Below are positions 1-12,804 of a stretch of DNA of 34,641 nucleotides, one piece after another. The position numbers and the translations under genes are program-made. The notes below the pieces were generated by a model that had not been told where the DNA came from, made no database searches, and worked only from the letters and a program-made list of their open reading frames with translations. The number at the start of each line of letters is the position of its first letter. Within the stretch, counting starts at the first letter, position 1. The stretch is from Lama guanicoe (lineage: Eukaryota), in the NCBI GenBank assembly GCA_013239625.1, contig MU053785.1, forward strand, positions 1 through 34,641. Direction: 5' to 3'.

Positions 1-1702
1 CTAAAATAAAATACACAAAAAGCAGCACATGTTAGAAATTTACTAAATGACATACCAGGTGGAAAAAATAAAATAATCTCAAAATATATGTGCTTCAATT
101 CATACCCGTAAAAGCTTGGATACTAATTACCACAGGATCCAGCCATAAACCATTCAATTGCAAGATTAGAAATGAATGTGACAGAGTCCTCTTTAAAATG
201 ATGGAGCCCAAAGAAATAATAATTTTCAAAATGTATACTAAAATCCTTCTATTCCACATTGAACTGTATGACGACAAACACGGGGGATGCAATCTGACCC
301 ACCGTACAATCAACCCTGTGGTGAAGCAAGGTTACTAATACAACCATTTAAAAACCATGCACGTGCACAGCCAGCAAAGAAAGAAACCAAGTTCGAACTT
401 CTTGATACACATCCACTTATTATATTCTTTAGGAAGTAATCTATTTTTTAACTAAAAATAAAATTGGATGAAAAAGATGCCCCTTGGAGAAAACTAAGAA
501 CAGTAAGCAGATTTCTTCCTGTTTATATTTACTGACTGTTCCCTTCAATAATTTTATCCTATAGGAATTATCCAACCAAGAAAATCAAACATATTCCATG
601 GGGTGAATTCTTGGAGGGAGAAGAGCAATGCTGTGCAGCAAACCAAGCTCTGGCCCTTTCGGTTCCTCTGCCTTTGGAATTCTGTGTAAAACAGAGGTCC
701 TTATAGAAAATGGTGCTTTCATTCGTTCATGCCACATTATCTGCAAAGTACACCAGACACTCATACACGACAGAGCAAAAGGGACCGTGAAAGGATTTCA
801 GTCTAAAATGGGACTGGAGGACAGGGAAGGGAGAACCTCAGTCACACGCCCCTAGAAAAACAGAACTAAGAACTGAGAGGCTGATTTGCCTTAATTACAG
901 AAGACAGAAACCTCTCTCCTGACCAATGAACGTCCGTCGAGAATCCCTCCCCATCCCTGAGCCAATGAACCTACTGCCTGGGCTCTGGCTGGACCTCCTG
1001 CTCTTTTCACTCCCTGAGCATAAAAAGGGCCACCTCAAACCCTCAATAGAATTCCTGAATTACAATTCCTCTGCTATTCCTGAATAAATGCAATTTCTGG
1101 TCATTTGAGCTTGCCTCAGCTTACCTCCTTTGTTTAGGTCTACACTACAGATAAAATAAGTTATGTGCCAACATTTGCATGGAATCCTTTCCCAGGGAAA
1201 GCACGGAGCCGTGACGTGGTCATGGACACACCACCAAGTGGGCATGATGCAGTCACCTCCAAGAATTGGCAGTTTTCTGACCCACAGCTTTTCCTACTGT
1301 CTCTGTGTCCATTCCACTCCATCCAGAAAGATGTGGGGAGGGAGGGCTGGGGAAAGAATGTGCTTATTACACCAGTAAAACCAAGAGTAGCAAATAGATC
1401 AAGAAAGAATGGCAGTAAGCCCGGAAGGACACATCCCACAGAGTCGGTGCCCCAGCCAGGTAATTCCCGAGCTAATCCACTTTCCATCCCATCCTCCACC
1501 TTCTTTCCCTCCAAGTGTTCATAAGATTATTAAATACAGGTAACTCCTGACCGTTCAAAACAATTCACTTAATAGAGTCTCCAGGTCTTCCTTTCCTCAG
1601 TCACCCTGGCTTTCCTTCCAGCCCTCCTCCTCATGAAACCAAGGCGTATTTACTGAATGGCTGTGCTGGGTTCTATGATAGAAACGGGAAAGATCTAAAC
1701 AG

Positions 1703-1820
1703 TCATCACTAGTATTCACTGGGCACTTATTACATGCCAGGTGTTGTGCTAAATGCTTTATCAATTCATCCCATTTAATCTTCAAGATAACCCCCAGAGG
1801 TAGGTACTGTTATTATACAT
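1703..1820 (-). mobile_element. MIR
   Basis: gcacttattacatgccaggtgttgtgctaaatgcttta...catttaatcttca...gaggtaggtactgttatt. Confidence 0.75.
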
Positions 1821-2427
1821 GAAAAATTTTAACCTGTGTGACCTTGAATAAATGTCCTAACCTCCTAAAAGATGGGATTGGAATCCACAGTTTAGGACAA
1901 GAGTGCTCCAAAACGCTCTGGGGAGACTCGGACGCCTGTGTTCATCACAGACCCGTGTTTCCATGGTAAACACAGGGACACAGCACACCTCCACATAACA
2001 TTTAATTTGCATGGGGACATATAGGGCGTGCTGCCTATTATGATACATGTGTTAGGTCCTCTGAGAGAGAAAATGCAGAACTGATGGTCAAGGAAGGAAG
2101 GTGTCTGAGAGGAATGACATCTAACTCTGAACAGCACTCTAGGAGAGAGTAGAGCTTAGCTGTGAAATCACAGTTCAGGATCAGCAGCAGCAGTGTGCAC
2201 AGAGCTCCAGGGTGGGACAGAGCACGGACAGCTGGGAGAACTGAGGTCTTCAGCAGGGGTGAAGGTTGGGGTTTGGAGGAACAGAAAGAAAAGTGGGTCA
2301 TGAGCTCAAAAAGAATGGAAGTGTTGAAGGCAGGAAGCAGATGATGGAAGTTCAAGGAATTTGGACTTCTGTAGGACAGAAAAAAACACTAAAAGGCTTT
2401 ATGTAGGAAAATGATACATCGAATGTG

Positions 2428-2627
2428 CAGGATTTGTCAACTGCTGACACTTGGCACTCACTAAGTCTTTTTTGGAGCAGAGGTCCTGTAAAATGCTTGG
2501 CAGCATCCCTGGCCTCCGCCCATTAGATGCCAGCTGTACCCTCCCCCCATTGTGGCAACCAAAATTGTCTTCAGGCATTGCCAGATATACCCTGGATGGC
2601 AACACGGCCCTGAACTGAGGACCACAG
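2428..2627 (-). mobile_element. MER20 (hAT-Charlie)
   Basis: gcagcatccctggcctc, tagatgccag, caggcattgccaga, tgaggaccacag. Confidence 0.8.
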
Positions 2628-2779
2628 GGCTAGAGTAAGGAGACTGGACTGGAGACTGGTAATCGACAGACCCAAGATGATAACTGGAAAGGCTGATGTG
2701 ATAAGCCAAGCAACTGATGGCTGATCGGACAGGAGATTTTCCTGATTCCTCTCATATAACGTGGCCTCACAATCTGGCC

Positions 2780-3950
2780 CCCAAGAATCACCTAGAGGAC
2801 AGTCCAAGCCCACCCTGTGCAGAATCCTCTCCACCTCTGAAGCTCATCTCCCCCAGCGGTGCCATCGTCTCCCCTCCCCCGTGCGGACCCTGACGGCCTC
2901 ATCAGCACAGCCTTCCTCTCGCTCCATCACATGGTCCAGTGCCTGCTTCCCAGCACCACCCCCACAATCCTGGGGGACACCAATCTCAGCCAACACCCTG
3001 AGCTCCTCAGTTCTAATCACTCTGTAGACTGGACTTTGGAATCAGGAGCCCAGCTCCGCCTCTCAGATCTTAAACACAATATCCTCTGGCCACAGCCACC
3101 CATGAATCCATTCTCTCTCCATGCTCACTCCACCCACTCTTCACTGTCCTTAAGAACTTTAATCCCAATTTACTACTCGCCACTTTATCCTAATTTACTA
3201 GATTTATATGCTTGTCTTTTTAGCTTATAACCCATGGCCTATACTGGTAGTCCCTGTTCCTTTGCCCTCGATCAACTGCTACCATGATGTCCCAAAGGAT
3301 CACAAATTCCAGAAGTCCAGAAGAAAGTGATCATCTTGCGTGAAACCTGCTCTTGCTTCCGTATTCTGATGCTTACTAGAGTATCACCATCCATCCAGAC
3401 ATGTGAATCCGAAACCAAGGAAATCATCGACTCCTTTGCTTCTCCACATCTAATCAGATGTCAAGTGCTGGCAATTCTAAATCCTAAATATTCCTCAAAT
3501 CTCTCTGCCCATCTCCACTGCCTCCATTTCAGTGTAGGCACTTTTACTGACCACCCAGACACTCATTTTGAATTTCTTCAATCCACTCACCATTCTGCCA
3601 CCAGAATAATTTTTTTAAATAAATGCCAATCTATTTATGGCTTAACTACTCAAAATTATTTAAAGCACATAGTATGACATCAATGTCCTTGTTTACATGT
3701 CTGGCCTCCTTTCCACTTGTCAGTCTCCCAATTTACAATCTAGAAATTCTTATAAACTATGGTCACCTGCATCTCCATGCCTGGTATACATACTTCTCTT
3801 TTTATAGCCGATTCCTGCAAAGAACTCCTAGGTGTCTCTCAAGGTCTTGCCCAAGTGTTATCCCCTGAGCTACCAAGAAGACTCAGTTACCCTTTCCCTT
3901 CCCGTTTGTCCCCCTACTGTGCATATCTCCACTGGGACCCATAACATGGT
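2780..3950 (+). mobile_element. Ancient L2 fragments
   Basis: Decayed C/T-rich L2 motifs (caccatccatccag, tcatcgactcct, tgccaccagaataatttt). Boundaries approximate. Confidence 0.55.
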
Positions 3951-3969
3951 TATGACCTGGGTGGAGTGA

Positions 3970-4185
3970 CAGTTTACATACACTGAACACTTATCATATA
4001 CCCCATACTGTGCAAAGTGTTTTACTTGTATTCATGCTCTTCTTACTCAGAAACCACTATATTACTCCTCATTCTACAGAAGAAACAAACTTTGAGAAAT
4101 TAAGCCATTTACCTAAGTTTGCACAATAAGTGGAAAATCCAGGGCTCAAATCCAGAACAGTCTGACTACAGAGTCGACTTCAACT
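3970..4185 (-). mobile_element. MIR
   Basis: cattctacagaagaaacaaact...aattaagccatttacctaag...ctcaaatccagaacagtctgact. Confidence 0.65.
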
Positions 4186-5993
4186 ACTAAATTCCAATAA
4201 TTTGTTTATATGTCTTATGTAAGTCAGTGTCAATCAGTAAGATATTTAGAATACAGAGAGAAAAAAAGAAAGGAAAATTATATGTTTTTTCTCCTAAAAG
4301 GAAAGAAAAGAAAGAAAGGGAACAGAAGGGAAGGGAGGGCAATCAAAAACTTTGTTGTGCTGGATGTGGGCTCCCTGTGTCAGAAAGGGATAAACCAAAT
4401 GAAAATTAAATTAAATATAGGATACTTTTGAGTGATTGTTTATTCAGATAACAGGATCCATTTGAACTTGACCCCATGAACATCCTAGTTTGAGTGGTCT
4501 GGGCACTGTGATGTTGAGAAGGAAATGAAATCAGAACACAGTCCTGCTTCTGCAGGGCAATATTTACAGTATCCATATCTTCTTCAACTTTTGCTATAAA
4601 TGTATCAATAAAACATTAACCCTAAAAATATACCCTAAGGATAAAAGTGAACCTACTGGGAGCCGGAACAGTCCAGGCTTGGACTAGATGGAGGGGACGG
4701 TAGAGGCACTAACAACAGGCGAGGTGGCAGGAGATAGGATGTGAAGTTGATGGAACAACAGCGGCAAATCAGAAAGCTTACTATTTAAGTTTCAAAGCAA
4801 ATTACTAAAGGGAAACCAGAAAAACAATATTAACTATGCTGGGAGGAATGGGGAGGGGCAGGGAAGGTGGTACCTAAATCCTCACCATGACAGCCAGAAG
4901 GTGGCAGTAATGTTGATGACTGCATCTATAAACTTAAAATACCAGAAGTCAAAACCAGCTAAACAAGAGCCAGGACAGCACATGGGGGGGACACTGACAG
5001 TGGGGGGCGGGGCGAGGAGCAGGGCTGCTGCATGACTTCCAGCCTCCCTGCCCTTCACCCAGGTCAATGGGGTACTTTAGATCTTTTAAGTCTCTCAAAT
5101 TAAAAAAAAAAAAAACCTATATAAGTAAAACTGAGAAAGGATTACAGCTTCAATCTTCTTTTGTTACCCGGCTTATAATGGATTTATGCAGTGATTACCT
5201 AGGTAAAGGAATGGATAGAAAACATGGCTACTAAATGAATTTCAGAAAATGAAATCTATTTTGCTACTGAACTCTAAGTTGACATTAGAGGTAAGTCTGC
5301 AGAAAAAAGAAGTATTTCAGCTAAAATGATTTTAAAAGCTGATCTGAAAATTAAGTATAATTTTAACACCACAAATAAAACAACTTCTGAGAGTTAATAC
5401 TGTACATAATGTTTCAAAAGTAAAAATAGAGCCCTGCACACACACATGCTCTTACAGCTGAAAGACACATCATAGCTTTTATTGCTTCTCAGGAAAATAA
5501 TTGTGTAGGTTTGACTAAATAGCATCTGAGTATTCTTCCTGCTCTGAAAAAAAAAATGAATACAAATACAAATGATCATTTCCATTGGTCAATCAAATCT
5601 CCACTCTCACTCTCGAGGACAGTGAGTAGAGTGCATTCCATTCATTTCCTGCTCTTGTTATTGATTAATGACATCTTTCAACAGGTTCGAGATCATGTTT
5701 CTTTTATTCTTTTTGGCCTGAGTTTTTATGTCTTCCTCCTCTTTAATTTTAGCCTCACTAATCCAAACACTCATCCAAACCTACGCTCATTTACATACAC
5801 ACCAAGGAGTTCCTGCCCATGTGGGCAGCATGCAGACCACTACATATACAGCAAAATCGGCACATCTGCCAAACCCAAAATAGCCCAGCATCCAGAAATA
5901 CTCTACTAAAAAGACATTTAAGGTAGGTTCTATAGGATTAAGTGGATATAACCATATAGTCCTGCCAAAATGCTTGGGCCAAATAAACTTGCT

Positions 5994-6131
5994 GTTTTAA
6001 ATTTTTTAAATATATTTTTATTGAAGTATAGTCAGTTTACAATATGTCAATTTCTGTTATACAGCATAATGCTTCAGTCATATATGAACATGCATATATT
6101 CGTTTTCATATTCTTTTTCCCCTTAAGTTAC
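5994..6131 (-). mobile_element. Short L1 3' end
   Basis: tttttattgaagtatagtcagtttacaat; TSD aa(a/g)taaacttgct at 5981-5993 and 6132-6144. Confidence 0.8.
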
Positions 6132-7049
6132 AAGTAAACTTGCTTTATTTTTTGTGAGTAAAGAGTTGAAGTGAAATCTGACATAGTTAATGATTGAAGA
6201 AATCCTAGAAGAGCTCACTAATGGATAATCAACAATTATATAAGATAATTTAGTGGTTTGCTGAAAACAGCTGCTGATGAATATGACCCAGAAAAAGGGA
6301 TCTCAAAACGAATAAAGGCATTCTAAGAAAAAGTATCTTAAGGGACCACACACTAATTCTTGCAAAATGACCTCCATCCACACCTAACAGGCAATGAGCC
6401 GGGGTCCGAGGTCCACAGTAGGCTGAGGACTGTTAATACCTCGTCCACAGGTTGCAAGCCAATGGCCTGAAACTTCAAATTACGTGATGTGTCATAATAG
6501 TGAATGTTTTGCTATTTCTAAAGATTTAGAAATCACAGTAAATATTTCAGGAGAGATTTTTCCCCACACTTGAGAGAGATGACTAGACCAGGTTCCAAAA
6601 GGAAAAAAATCTTTCCCCAGACCACAAAAAATACCATGATCCACAACCCAGCGGTACGACCTACCAGGCTGCAAGCACGAGCACTATTCATATGTTTTCC
6701 CCGGCTATCTTCAGAACTGCTCTAGCTTAGAATTTTGTTTGAAACATAAAACAAAAACAAACCAACAAAGCAAAAGGCAAGTGTGAGGATAATGGGCAAT
6801 GCTACTCGGCCATTAGAGGAACACAATCTTTCTCATCTCTGAAAGCAGGGCTACAAAAAGGGCTATCAGCCCTTTTGATGGCTGAAATAATTTTAAGTGT
6901 CATGGCCCTAATTTTGATCAGCTAATAAAGTGAACATTCCACTCAGCAAAAAGCAAAAGCTAATGTGTGTCAGGTCATATGCTAGGTATTAGTTTTCTCA
7001 ATAAACAGAATTTTATTCAAGAAAATATAGAGCACCATGTACTTCTGCC

Positions 7050-7935
7050 CTTATAATATTTTCCTCCTAAAACTGACTTGTCTTCTCTACCTCAGTAAAT
7101 GGCACTACCATCCACCCAGCCACTTAAAATCAGAACCAAGGAGCCATCTTTGATTTCCTTTTTCCGTTGCCCCCATTCGAGACCCACCAGAAGAACCAGC
7201 AGCTCTGCCTCCAGAATCCATCCCACACCCACTGACCCTCTGTCACCTCCACCACCACTGCATCTCACTCCACTCCTGCCATCAGTCCCTCTGGTGTTCC
7301 GGCTTCTGCTTCTGCTCCTACACAGTGCTGCCCAGAGACCAGGCCACGAGATCCATGTGCAGTATGGAACAAATATGTTCTTACCCTGCACAAAACATTC
7401 CAAAAGCTCCCACTTGAAAAAAAAATCCATTTTCCTTCCATAGCTTTCAAGACCCCAAGTGTTCTGGCTCCTGAGGCCTTTCTTTCTGTCCTCATCTCCC
7501 AAAACAGCAGCTACACAGGCCTGCAGGCTGTGCTCTGCTTAGGTCAGGCCTGCCTGCGCTCCCTGGGCCCTGTGCACCTGCCCGGGGCTTCCTGGAATGA
7601 CCTTCCCTCTAACCTGAACTCATGGCTCCTCACATTACATGTGAGACTTGCTTCACTCCACATTCACTGCCCCCCCATTCACTGATCACAGTACTTGAAT
7701 TTATTTCCTTCATAGTGCTTATTAGAATCTGATGGAAATTCATTACGTATGTTTCATTTGTTTTTGTTTTTGTTTTTGATCTGTCTCACCCCACTGGGAA
7801 GAGGATATAAATTTCAGAAGAACGGAAATCATATTTCTCTTGCTCATTAATATGATATATGCTCATAATATCTCTGGAGCCTGCAACACTGCCTGGCATG
7901 TTGAATGAATTCAGTAAACATCTGTGAGTGAATTA
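7050..7935 (+). mobile_element. L2 3' region
   Basis: aaatggcactaccatccacccag, tcctggaatgaccttccc, ending gcctggcatgttgaatgaat. Confidence 0.7.
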
Positions 7936-8937
7936 ACATTATCACTCAAAGCTCTTTGCCTTTCAGTATTCTTGAGATTTTAACCAAGTCAAAATGTGAG
8001 AGAAAATGTGAAATCCTTTCATCTTTTCTATAGCATTTCTAAAGCACAATCTTAGGCCCTAAAAATGTATACAATTCCATGGACCTAAATCAAAAGGGTT
8101 GACTGAAGTTGGCTAAACCGCATGAGTAAGGTCTCCAGATCAAAACTCTAGTGCTTTTATTAGGAGTGTAGACAGAGATGAAGCGGGGAGGGGAGGGGGA
8201 GGTTTGTTCTCAGGGAAGGGAGCAAAGCTGGGGCGGGGAGAGAGCCGGTTGTGAGCTTCTTCCCACAGGGTGTTCTGTCTCAAAGGGCCACTGTCTTCGA
8301 GAGAACTGTTGGTTAGAAGTCCTCCCAGCAGCAATTTTCTGGAAACCAGCAGAGGGGCTAATTACCAGAAACTTCTCTCCCTACAGAAAAGAGCCGTCCT
8401 CCCCACAGCCCCACTAACACCTCAGTTCACATAACTCCCTGTGCTGTTACCTCTGCTTGGCTTTGGAGAAAATTCTTGATGATGCGAACCGTAAATACAC
8501 ACTTCTGTGCTGAAACGCTATTTAAGTGTGTGGAATAACATCTGTTACTAGAGCACCTTTAATTTCATATTTGTTTTGGATTAGGTTGGACTAGGTTTGG
8601 ATTTGCTAGAGAGGAAGAACAGAGCCAACAAATACAGTAAGGAGAAAATGCAGTCACAAAGTTGGGGAAAGAAACTCCCCGTTCTGAGGAAATCTCTTCA
8701 CACCAGCATAAGGGACTGTATGTATTTTGCTTTTCACTGTCTATGCCACACCCAGCCGCCTTCCAAAATGACAAGTGGGAGGGGTCACTAGTCTAACACA
8801 AGAATGGAGTGAGGTGGAGGGCAAGAAACAGACTGTTTATTGATTCAGCGATTTTTAAAATGGAGGAATAGGATTATTCTATTCTTTGCAGCTTATTCCA
8901 AGTCCACATTTACTGACTGATAAGACTATTTCTGTTC

Positions 8938-9061
8938 TTTTTTTAAGGGGGGGGCAGGAATTAGGTTTATTTATTTCTTTTTAAAGGAGGTACTGGGGAT
9001 CGAACCCAGGACCTCATGCATGCTAAGCATGTGCTCCACCACTTGAACTATACTCTCCCCC
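8938..9061 (-). mobile_element. tRNA-derived camelid-type SINE (Vic-1-like)
   Basis: Reverse complement reads ggggagagtatagttcaagtggtggagcacatgcttagcatgc...gggttcgatcccc (A and B boxes) with an A-rich tail. Flanking repeats aagactattt and aagactgttt. Confidence 0.85.
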
Positions 9062-9134
9062 AAGACTGTTTGAGCTCTAAGGGAGGAAAATGCAGTCAAC
9101 TTGGGAACAGTTTTAATCAAAAAGCAGTTGTTAT

Positions 9135-9262
9135 GGGGAGGGCATAGTTCAAATGGTAGAGCACATGCTTAGCATGCACAGGGTCCTGGGTTCAATCCCC
9201 AGTACCTCCTCCAAAAGTAAATAAATAAATAAACAAACCAAATTATCTAAACCCCCGCCCCC
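9135..9262 (+). mobile_element. tRNA-derived camelid-type SINE (Vic-1-like)
   Basis: ggggagggcatagttcaaatggtagagcacatgcttagcatgc...gggttcaatcccc with a (taaa)n tail. Target-site duplication (TSD) aaaaagcagttgtta / aaaaagcaactgtta. Confidence 0.85.
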
Positions 9263-9759
9263 AAAAAGCAACTGTTAGACACGCCTAGTGTTTGCCTTTG
9301 TACCATATTTATTTTACTTCCTAGATGCAAACTGATACATCTCCTAGAATACAGCTCCATAAAGCTTTCAGCCCACCACATTCCACGGGTTCTCTCTCTC
9401 TAATAACACACACCTCTCAAAAAGGAAAAGGGAGAAAAAAAATTCATTGTTAATTCTTCTCATAGAAGAAAAAGATCTACCGAGCAGTGATTAGCTGCCA
9501 CGTCATAAATGAACAGACAGGCCACTCGATCAGTCTTAAGAAGAAAGCTTCACAAGCCACAGCACGTCCCGAGGACCCTTCTTTCACACGGGAAGTATCA
9601 AAAAGATCTCACAATATCTTATGTGACTTACGTCCCTAATACCGAAAGGAGACGACAGTTACGACGGGTAAAGCAGAGGAATTAGAAAAGCAGGCACACA
9701 CACACATTTTATTATTTCCTGTCACTTCCTGATCCCAGCCAGGGCTCATTCCCATTGTC

Positions 9760-9970
9760 TTCCAAAGCGCACATCATCGCCCGTCTCGTTCAACAGCGGG
9801 TCCACGGAGAGGAGCCGCGGGTCAGAAGCCCTGAGTAACCGGAACTAACCCGCGCGGGTGAGAGCCAGCGCTCCGCCGCCCAGACACCGGGCGCCAGCGA
9901 GTGAGCCACGCAGGCCTCCAGTTTCCTCGCGAGAACGCCCTAGGTGAGAATTCTTACCCACGTGGGTTTA
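9760..9970. promoter_or_regulatory. Small CpG-rich patch, possible promoter or first exon
   Basis: Dense CpGs; CCTCGCGAGA at 9925-9934 (9/10 match to TCTCGCGAGA); ETS-like CCGGAA at 9839-9844; palindrome ACCCGCGCGGGT at 9848-9859. Confidence 0.45.
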
Positions 9971-10569
9971 GATGCACACTCATCACAACCCCCAAGGTCA
10001 CACACATACCACACACCTGAGAAAGGTTAGCAATACTCTGGCCTGAGAATGATAATCCAGCTGTTCATTATGAATTATGAAATGGCTTTGGGACTGTTGT
10101 TTGGCAGTATTAACGCTCCTGGTGAATGGGAGCCGGGGGAGAAAGCAGACAGCGCTGCTTCATGTCACCAGTCAGTACACAGACGAGCTATGAACACACT
10201 GAGATCGCATTCCGGGCCCTGGGAAACCCACCGTCTACGGGGAACACAGCTCTTGCCCTGTCGAGATGCTTCTGAGGGCACGTCTATGACCAGCAAAGTC
10301 AGAAATACTGGCTCAGAACCACTTCAAAGCCATCGGGCTAGCAAAGTGTCAAGAGTGGCCATCTGTTAAGAAAAGGACGTTTGGCAAATATACTGACGAA
10401 TACCCTAGTGAAAAAGGAAACAAACAAGCTGAGTGGCAGAGAGGAGGAGGGCCTGCGTCACATACGGGTTTTTAAATTTTAGGCTGATTGGGGCCGACAC
10501 ACAGCACAGCTGCTATTCTGACTGCAGTCTGCCTCCGAGCCAGTGAGTTCTGTGGAGTCTCCTACTTAC

Positions 10570-10736
10570 ATCAAATGGAGCTGAGCTGGACTGGGCACTC
10601 TGCCCCCACGGTTCCCCGAAGCAGCCACTGAAAGGAAGGAGGAGACCCACGGCAATGATCCGCGAGCAAAGCTGCTCTGCTTCTTCTGGAGGCCCGTTCT
10701 CCTGCTGGCTGAACAGCTTCTCCAACAGAGTTCGCC
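10570..10736 (-). CDS. FMN2: Internal exon homologous to formin-2 exon 2; authentic FMN2 or a duplicated fragment
   Basis: Acceptor tctcacccgcag|GG and donor GAT|gtaagt. Length 167 nt, phase 1 to phase 0, no stop. Translates [56 protein letters not shown], matching recalled human FMN2 [56 protein letters not shown]. No other FMN2 exon recognised in the window. Confidence 0.88.
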
Positions 10737-11994
10737 CTGCGGGTGAGACACGGTCATTAGGCGGGAGCACTGGCAGGTCCCCTGGCTCAGAACTCCCCCG
10801 AGGAGAGGCCAGCAACACAGCCTGTGGAACACTGTTGCCAAGGCTACGGACTTGCGCAGAGAGAGCTCTGCAGTCAGGCCTGGGACACCACACTGGACAG
10901 GGGAGCTCTGGTTCACACCCACATCCTCCAAAACAACTCCTACTCCCGAAAAGGATGGGTCCCGTTATGAGTCCTACCTCTTCTTGTACCTGCAGAAGCA
11001 CCCGACCTTCTGGATTTCTTTGGAAACCCCCCTTCTGCTCTGTGTTATCCCTGCCCCTGGCTCTCTGAGGAAGAAGTCAGTAGCCACCATTTGGGCTAAG
11101 AAATGTCAGTGGCTAACATTCAGTCTGGGATGTGGCAATGGGGAGGGGGAGGAATAAGGAAACAGGGAGGTAGGCACCAGCCTCTGAGTAGGGGAGAGGG
11201 CTGGCCAGAAGGAAAATTCACTCAGAAGAGGAAAATGTTAGAAACGCAAAATTTTCTTCTATGCACCTCAGAAACATAACTCTAGGGTAGGTCTACACAG
11301 CAGGCTTTTATTATTTCCCTAAAAGAGATAAGAAAAGAGAGGCACAAGGAGAGGAGGACACTGGCTGAGGACCGGGGCCCACCTGTCCCACGGTTCTCGG
11401 TCCCGGTCCTGGCTGTCCCTCAGATCACCTGAGAGCAGAATGAAGGGGACGGGGACTCAGGCATCAGTACCTGACTGGGCACCAACTGATTCCAACCTCA
11501 GCCAGAGCTGAGAGCTGCAAGTCTAGTCCCTCATCCATTTCTGAAGCTACTCATTCTGACTCATCATCCTTTGGGAAGTTAGTCAGCAGGTGTCTGCACT
11601 AACCGTAGGAGAACTACAACGTCTCCCCGGTCCCGTCCAGGGCCGCCCGCGGGTCACTCAGCCCCGGCCCTGCTCCTGCCCACCCTCCCACCAACAGAGT
11701 CAGTCCTCAGACTTAAAGTCACTCATCCAGAAAAGCTTCCAGTGACCCCTTCCACACTCTTATGGCATCCTTCAAAGCTTCTTTGTGTAATTATTTTAGT
11801 TAATTATTTGTGCAATTATTAATTTAATGTCTGCCTCCCTTACTAAAACAACCTCTCTGACAGCCAGCACACATCCTGCAAATTCGGCCACTTGCACATA
11901 AGAAATATGAAAACATATTTTTAGGATTTCTAAATGAATACAATGTTACGATTCTCTGATGAAGATTCATTCGCACCATGGTCGGAAGTGGAAA

Positions 11995-12175
11995 TGACCT
12001 GCAAACTTTCTCTGTACAGGGTCAAATCGTAAATATTTTAGGTTTTACAGGCCATGTAAGGTCTCTGTTGCACATTCTTCTTTGGCTTTATTTTGCTTTG
12101 TTTTCTTTTTAACAACTTAAAAAATCTGAAAAGCCCTCTTAGCTGGGGGCTGCACAGAGCCAGGCCCAGGTCTGT
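11995..12175 (+). mobile_element. MER58-like (hAT-Charlie)
   Basis: gcaaactttctctgtacagggtcaaatcgtaaatattttaggttttacaggccat. Confidence 0.7.
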
Positions 12176-12634
12176 GCATCAGTCACAACGTTGAAATTTC
12201 AAACATGTTAAGTGCTCAGTCCTGCGCAGTCTAGGAGCCATGCAATTTTCATGCCTCCTCCTATTTTTGTTTGTAAAACGAAACTAAACTCCAAATCTAC
12301 CTGGGACATGTAAAACGTCAGAGCAGGGCAAAGGAGCTGTTCTCTCCACTCCTGCAGGTCACTAGAGAACACTTGTTGGTCTCCCAGGACTTTTCTAAGG
12401 AGAAATAAAAGATTTTTTTCCCTACAGAACTTAAGTTTGCTTGCAAACCTGACTGGACCCAAACACCTAGGAAATCACATCCCTCAATCCTCAAGTGATT
12501 AATTATAATGACAGTGCACCCACGTCATACATCTTACAGCAGGCCAGAAAACAGCCAGAGAACTAGTGAGTTCTTTTCTGAAACTCAACATTGTATATGA
12601 CAGAAAATAGGGGAGACAGGATCTTGCCTGGGGG

Positions 12635-12677
12635 GTGTGTGTGTGTGTGTATGTGTGTGTGTGTGTGTGTGTGTGTA
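12635..12677. repeat. (GT)n microsatellite with one interruption
   Basis: About 20 GT units read directly from the sequence. Confidence 0.95.
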
Positions 12678-12804
12678 TTTGGGAGCAAAAAAATGTATAT
12701 TTGTATATCGAGTCAAAAATTAACAAAAGTGGCTAGGGAACAGAGTGGAAGAGGGGGCTTGCAACCCCCAGAGCTTCAGTTCCCTGAGGAGCAAACACCC
12801 ATAC

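Noticed and set aside
465..605. Plus-strand exon pair around a 62-nt GT-AG interval (503-564) with a branch-like ctgac
   Set aside because: The intron is below the usual mammalian minimum length and the peptides are unrecognisable.
1120..6470. Possible minus-strand micro-exons (near 1126-1145, 4569-4595, 5457-5544, 6441-6467; also near 22341-22363)
   Set aside because: AG...GT-bounded, but short, mostly with weak sites, and they do not join into a recognisable protein.
8938..9262. tRNA genes
   Set aside because: A and B boxes are present, but A-rich tails and TSDs identify them as SINEs.
10513..11001. 162-aa minus-strand ORF as a single-exon gene
   Set aside because: Only 10570-10736 matches FMN2 and it is bounded by canonical splice sites; the rest is intron read-through.
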